From Patescibacteria group bacterium (GTDB lineage: Bacteria; Patescibacteriota; Patescibacteriia; UBA10025; JAHIVO01): a DNA stretch of 64,000 bases. The stretch is from positions 187,284-251,283 of the forward strand of contig JBAZKE010000001.1 of the NCBI GenBank assembly GCA_041650915.1. The letters are read 5' to 3'. The notes beneath the pieces were generated by a model that searched no databases, had not been told where the DNA came from, and worked only from the letters and a program-made list of their open reading frames with translations. The position numbers and the translations under genes were made by a program. Of this stretch, positions 62,195 through 64,000 are shown piece after piece (within the stretch, counting starts at the first letter, position 1; every line of letters begins with the position of its first letter).

Positions 62195-64000
62195 AGGAAT
62201 CAAGAAAGCCGCTAAGTGGCTTCAGGACCTCGCGAAACGTCTTGACACGTGGTCGCGTACGGGAGCGCAGGGGCACATCCTCCAGATACTTGCGCTTATA
62301 GGAGCGGAAGAGGTCTGGCAAAAACGGCGGACGATCTGGGGATATTTCTGGAATTTTCTGTCCCTCGTTCTGTTTGCCGCGGATAAGGGCCTCCACCCGA
62401 CGCTCATGGCGTACGGGAGAGCTGTCCGTTTGCTCCTGCCGATCGGACTCTTCCTGATAATCGAGTCTCTGGTCATGATTTTTTGCGGGATCGGGCAAAC
62501 GTCGGTGTTCATGACCGTCGTGATCGGGGTCATCGTGGCGCTGTTCGTGCAATATGCGTTTAATTACATTTTCAGAACGCATACCGCAGCGGCGCCTCCC
62601 AACCAGCAGCTCGGTGTGACGAGTAGCTGGCGGGACCGTTTCGGATCGTTGTTCGACGGATTGGTACGGATGGTACGGTGGCTTGTAACGCGCGCAGCGT
62701 TTACGGTAGCGATCGCGGCATTTGTCTGGTGGGCATACGGCTATGTCGGTAATGGAAATCCTGCGGGGGTTATCGTTACCATGCCGTTTCTCATCTTCCT
62801 CGGCTTGATCTTTTGCATCGTGACGTTCCCGGCGCTCTACATCGCGTTCCTCCTAGCGAAGGCCGCAAAAATGGTCGACGCCAAGGATGCTGATGATAAA
62901 CCGGTGACGTTCCTCAACACCGCTGCGAAGCCGGTATTGCAGGCGACGTTCTTCATGATCGGGACGCTCCTCTCGCTCGAGCTCTTCTGTATCATCGGAT
63001 ACCTGGCGCCAGCTGCTGCGTATGCGGTGATATTGGCAATGCTCGGGTTGGGGATTGCCTCGATTACCAATCCGTTTATGCGGAAGGTTCTGAAGAGCAT
63101 TACGACCAGCAATATGGTGCTTTCAATCGGTGTCACGATTATCCTGGCGCTCGTAACCGCAGCTCTCCCGATGCAGCGTGAAAACATCACGCAGCTTGTG
63201 AAGAATGCAGTGCATGCGCGTATTGCCCCAGCGCTCGAGTACATCTCCGTGCGCTCGGCGGGTGACGTGAACTACGACGGAATGACGGATAAGCGTGATG
63301 TTGAGCTTGTTGAGCATTTCGTGGTAAACGGGACGCAAACCGAGCTCCTCCCCGAAGACCTTCGCTATGCGGATGTCAACGGGACGCTGACTGTTGATCG
63401 GCTCGACGTAGCTTTCTTGACCGATGCGGTTGCGACCGGCAACCACATGAGGCTCAGACAGCCGCAGAAGTACGACGGATCATTCTATATCGTCGGCGAC
63501 TTCAACGGTAATGGTGTTTTCGACTGGGGTGACCATTCGCTCATGTCGCAAGCTCTTGCCGGAGACCTGACGCTTCTGCCGATGGGCAACGCTCTGTATG
63601 CCGATGCAAACGGCGACGGGCAATTTACCCAGGCTGATGCCGTGTTCTGCTCCCGTTGCCTGAACGGAACGGGACCGACTCCTCGCATCATCGCAATTCC
63701 ATCGCTTTCCCATGCGGGGTCTCACGTTGCCACCGCAAGCATGTTACCGTCGCTCGGCGGGGCGCACGCGGCAACGCTTCCGGCTGCAGTATTGAGTCCG
63801 ATTACCCCTCGGGTGATCGAGTTCATTAACGGCCAGCCGGTTAATCCGATGGGGCACGGTGGAGTTGAATGGCGCGTAAAAACGCTTGAAATCCACGAAG
63901 ACAGCATACTATGCATCATAACGCTTCAACCTCAACGGGATAGGAAGATTATGGTACACAGTTCGACCCGCATTGTAACGGATAATGGGCAAGAAATTCC
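62181..64000 (+). CDS. Polytopic membrane protein with C-terminal dockerin-type Ca2+-binding repeats (3' partial, runs off the window end)
   Basis: Not in the ORF track because no stop lies inside the window. Manual translation from the ATG at 62181 gives an uninterrupted frame of >=606 aa. It has ~8 hydrophobic helices, then dockerin-like repeats DVNYDGMTDKRDVEL…, DVNGTLTVDRLDVAFL…, DFNGNGVFDWGDHSLM… and DANGDGQFTQADAV…. Confidence 0.6.
   Translation, partial: MKATEGIKKAAKWLQDLAKRLDTWSRTGAQGHILQILALIGAEEVWQKRRTIWGYFWNFLSLVLFAADKGLHPTLMAYGRAVRLLLPIGLFLIIESLVMIFCGIGQTSVFMTVVIGVIVALFVQYAFNYIFRTHTAAAPPNQQLGVTSSWRDRFGSLFDGLVRMVRWLVTRAAFTVAIAAFVWWAYGYVGNGNPAGVIVTMPFLIFLGLIFCIVTFPALYIAFLLAKAAKMVDAKDADDKPVTFLNTAAKPVLQATFFMIGTLLSLELFCIIGYLAPAAAYAVILAMLGLGIASITNPFMRKVLKSITTSNMVLSIGVTIILALVTAALPMQRENITQLVKNAVHARIAPALEYISVRSAGDVNYDGMTDKRDVELVEHFVVNGTQTELLPEDLRYADVNGTLTVDRLDVAFLTDAVATGNHMRLRQPQKYDGSFYIVGDFNGNGVFDWGDHSLMSQALAGDLTLLPMGNALYADANGDGQFTQADAVFCSRCLNGTGPTPRIIAIPSLSHAGSHVATASMLPSLGGAHAATLPAAVLSPITPRVIEFINGQPVNPMGHGGVEWRVKTLEIHEDSILCIITLQPQRDRKIMVHSSTRIVTDNGQEI

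Overview
This 64 kb window appears to be chromosomal DNA from a small-genome bacterium. Gene content (dprA, split comEC, pilT/pilM, giant surface protein) and the absence of biosynthetic genes suggest a Candidate Phyla Radiation / Patescibacteria-like organism. TGA is used as a stop codon: the prfB +1 frameshift site reads CTT-TGA-C, so RF2 exists and the standard code 11 applies. Most of the window is dense housekeeping operons on both strands: lgt, three tRNAs (including an initiator tRNA-fMet), parAB, tdh, topA, dprA, mfd, pilM, pilT, pth, der, an LCP protein, a GT2 glycosyltransferase, two tRNA-Val genes, lepB, hisS, a HIT protein, rpsU, yqeY, ybeY, dgkA, ftsA, ftsZ, htrA, glnA, prfB (with its programmed +1 frameshift), glmS and a split comEC. 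Three regions stand out. (1) A roughly 15 kb cell-surface locus (25.5-40.3 kb). It holds an 11.2 kb gene for a 3722-aa protein with a VirB2/TrbC-like N-terminal double-TM anchor, five degenerate 255-aa tandem cysteine-bearing repeats, knottin-like cysteine modules and Ig-like C-terminal domains. It is followed by a paralogous secreted protein and two single-pass membrane proteins with Ca2+-binding TSP3/dockerin-like DxDxDG repeats. A further dockerin-repeat polytopic membrane protein runs off the 3' end of the window. I could not match these proteins to any characterised family, and together they read as an undescribed adhesion/surface-assembly system, perhaps cohesin-dockerin-like. (2) A compact cobalamin salvage and use locus: nrdR, class II AdoCbl-dependent RNR (nrdJ), corrinoid adenosyltransferase (cobO), a cobalamin riboswitch with terminator expression platform, a DUF4430 protein and an ECF S-component-like membrane protein. 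A DnaA box and NrdR-box-like palindromes lie upstream of nrdR. (3) An AT-rich break at 60.25-60.5 kb followed by three unrecognisable hypothetical genes and the dockerin-bearing membrane protein. No CRISPR array, transposase or integrase was seen.
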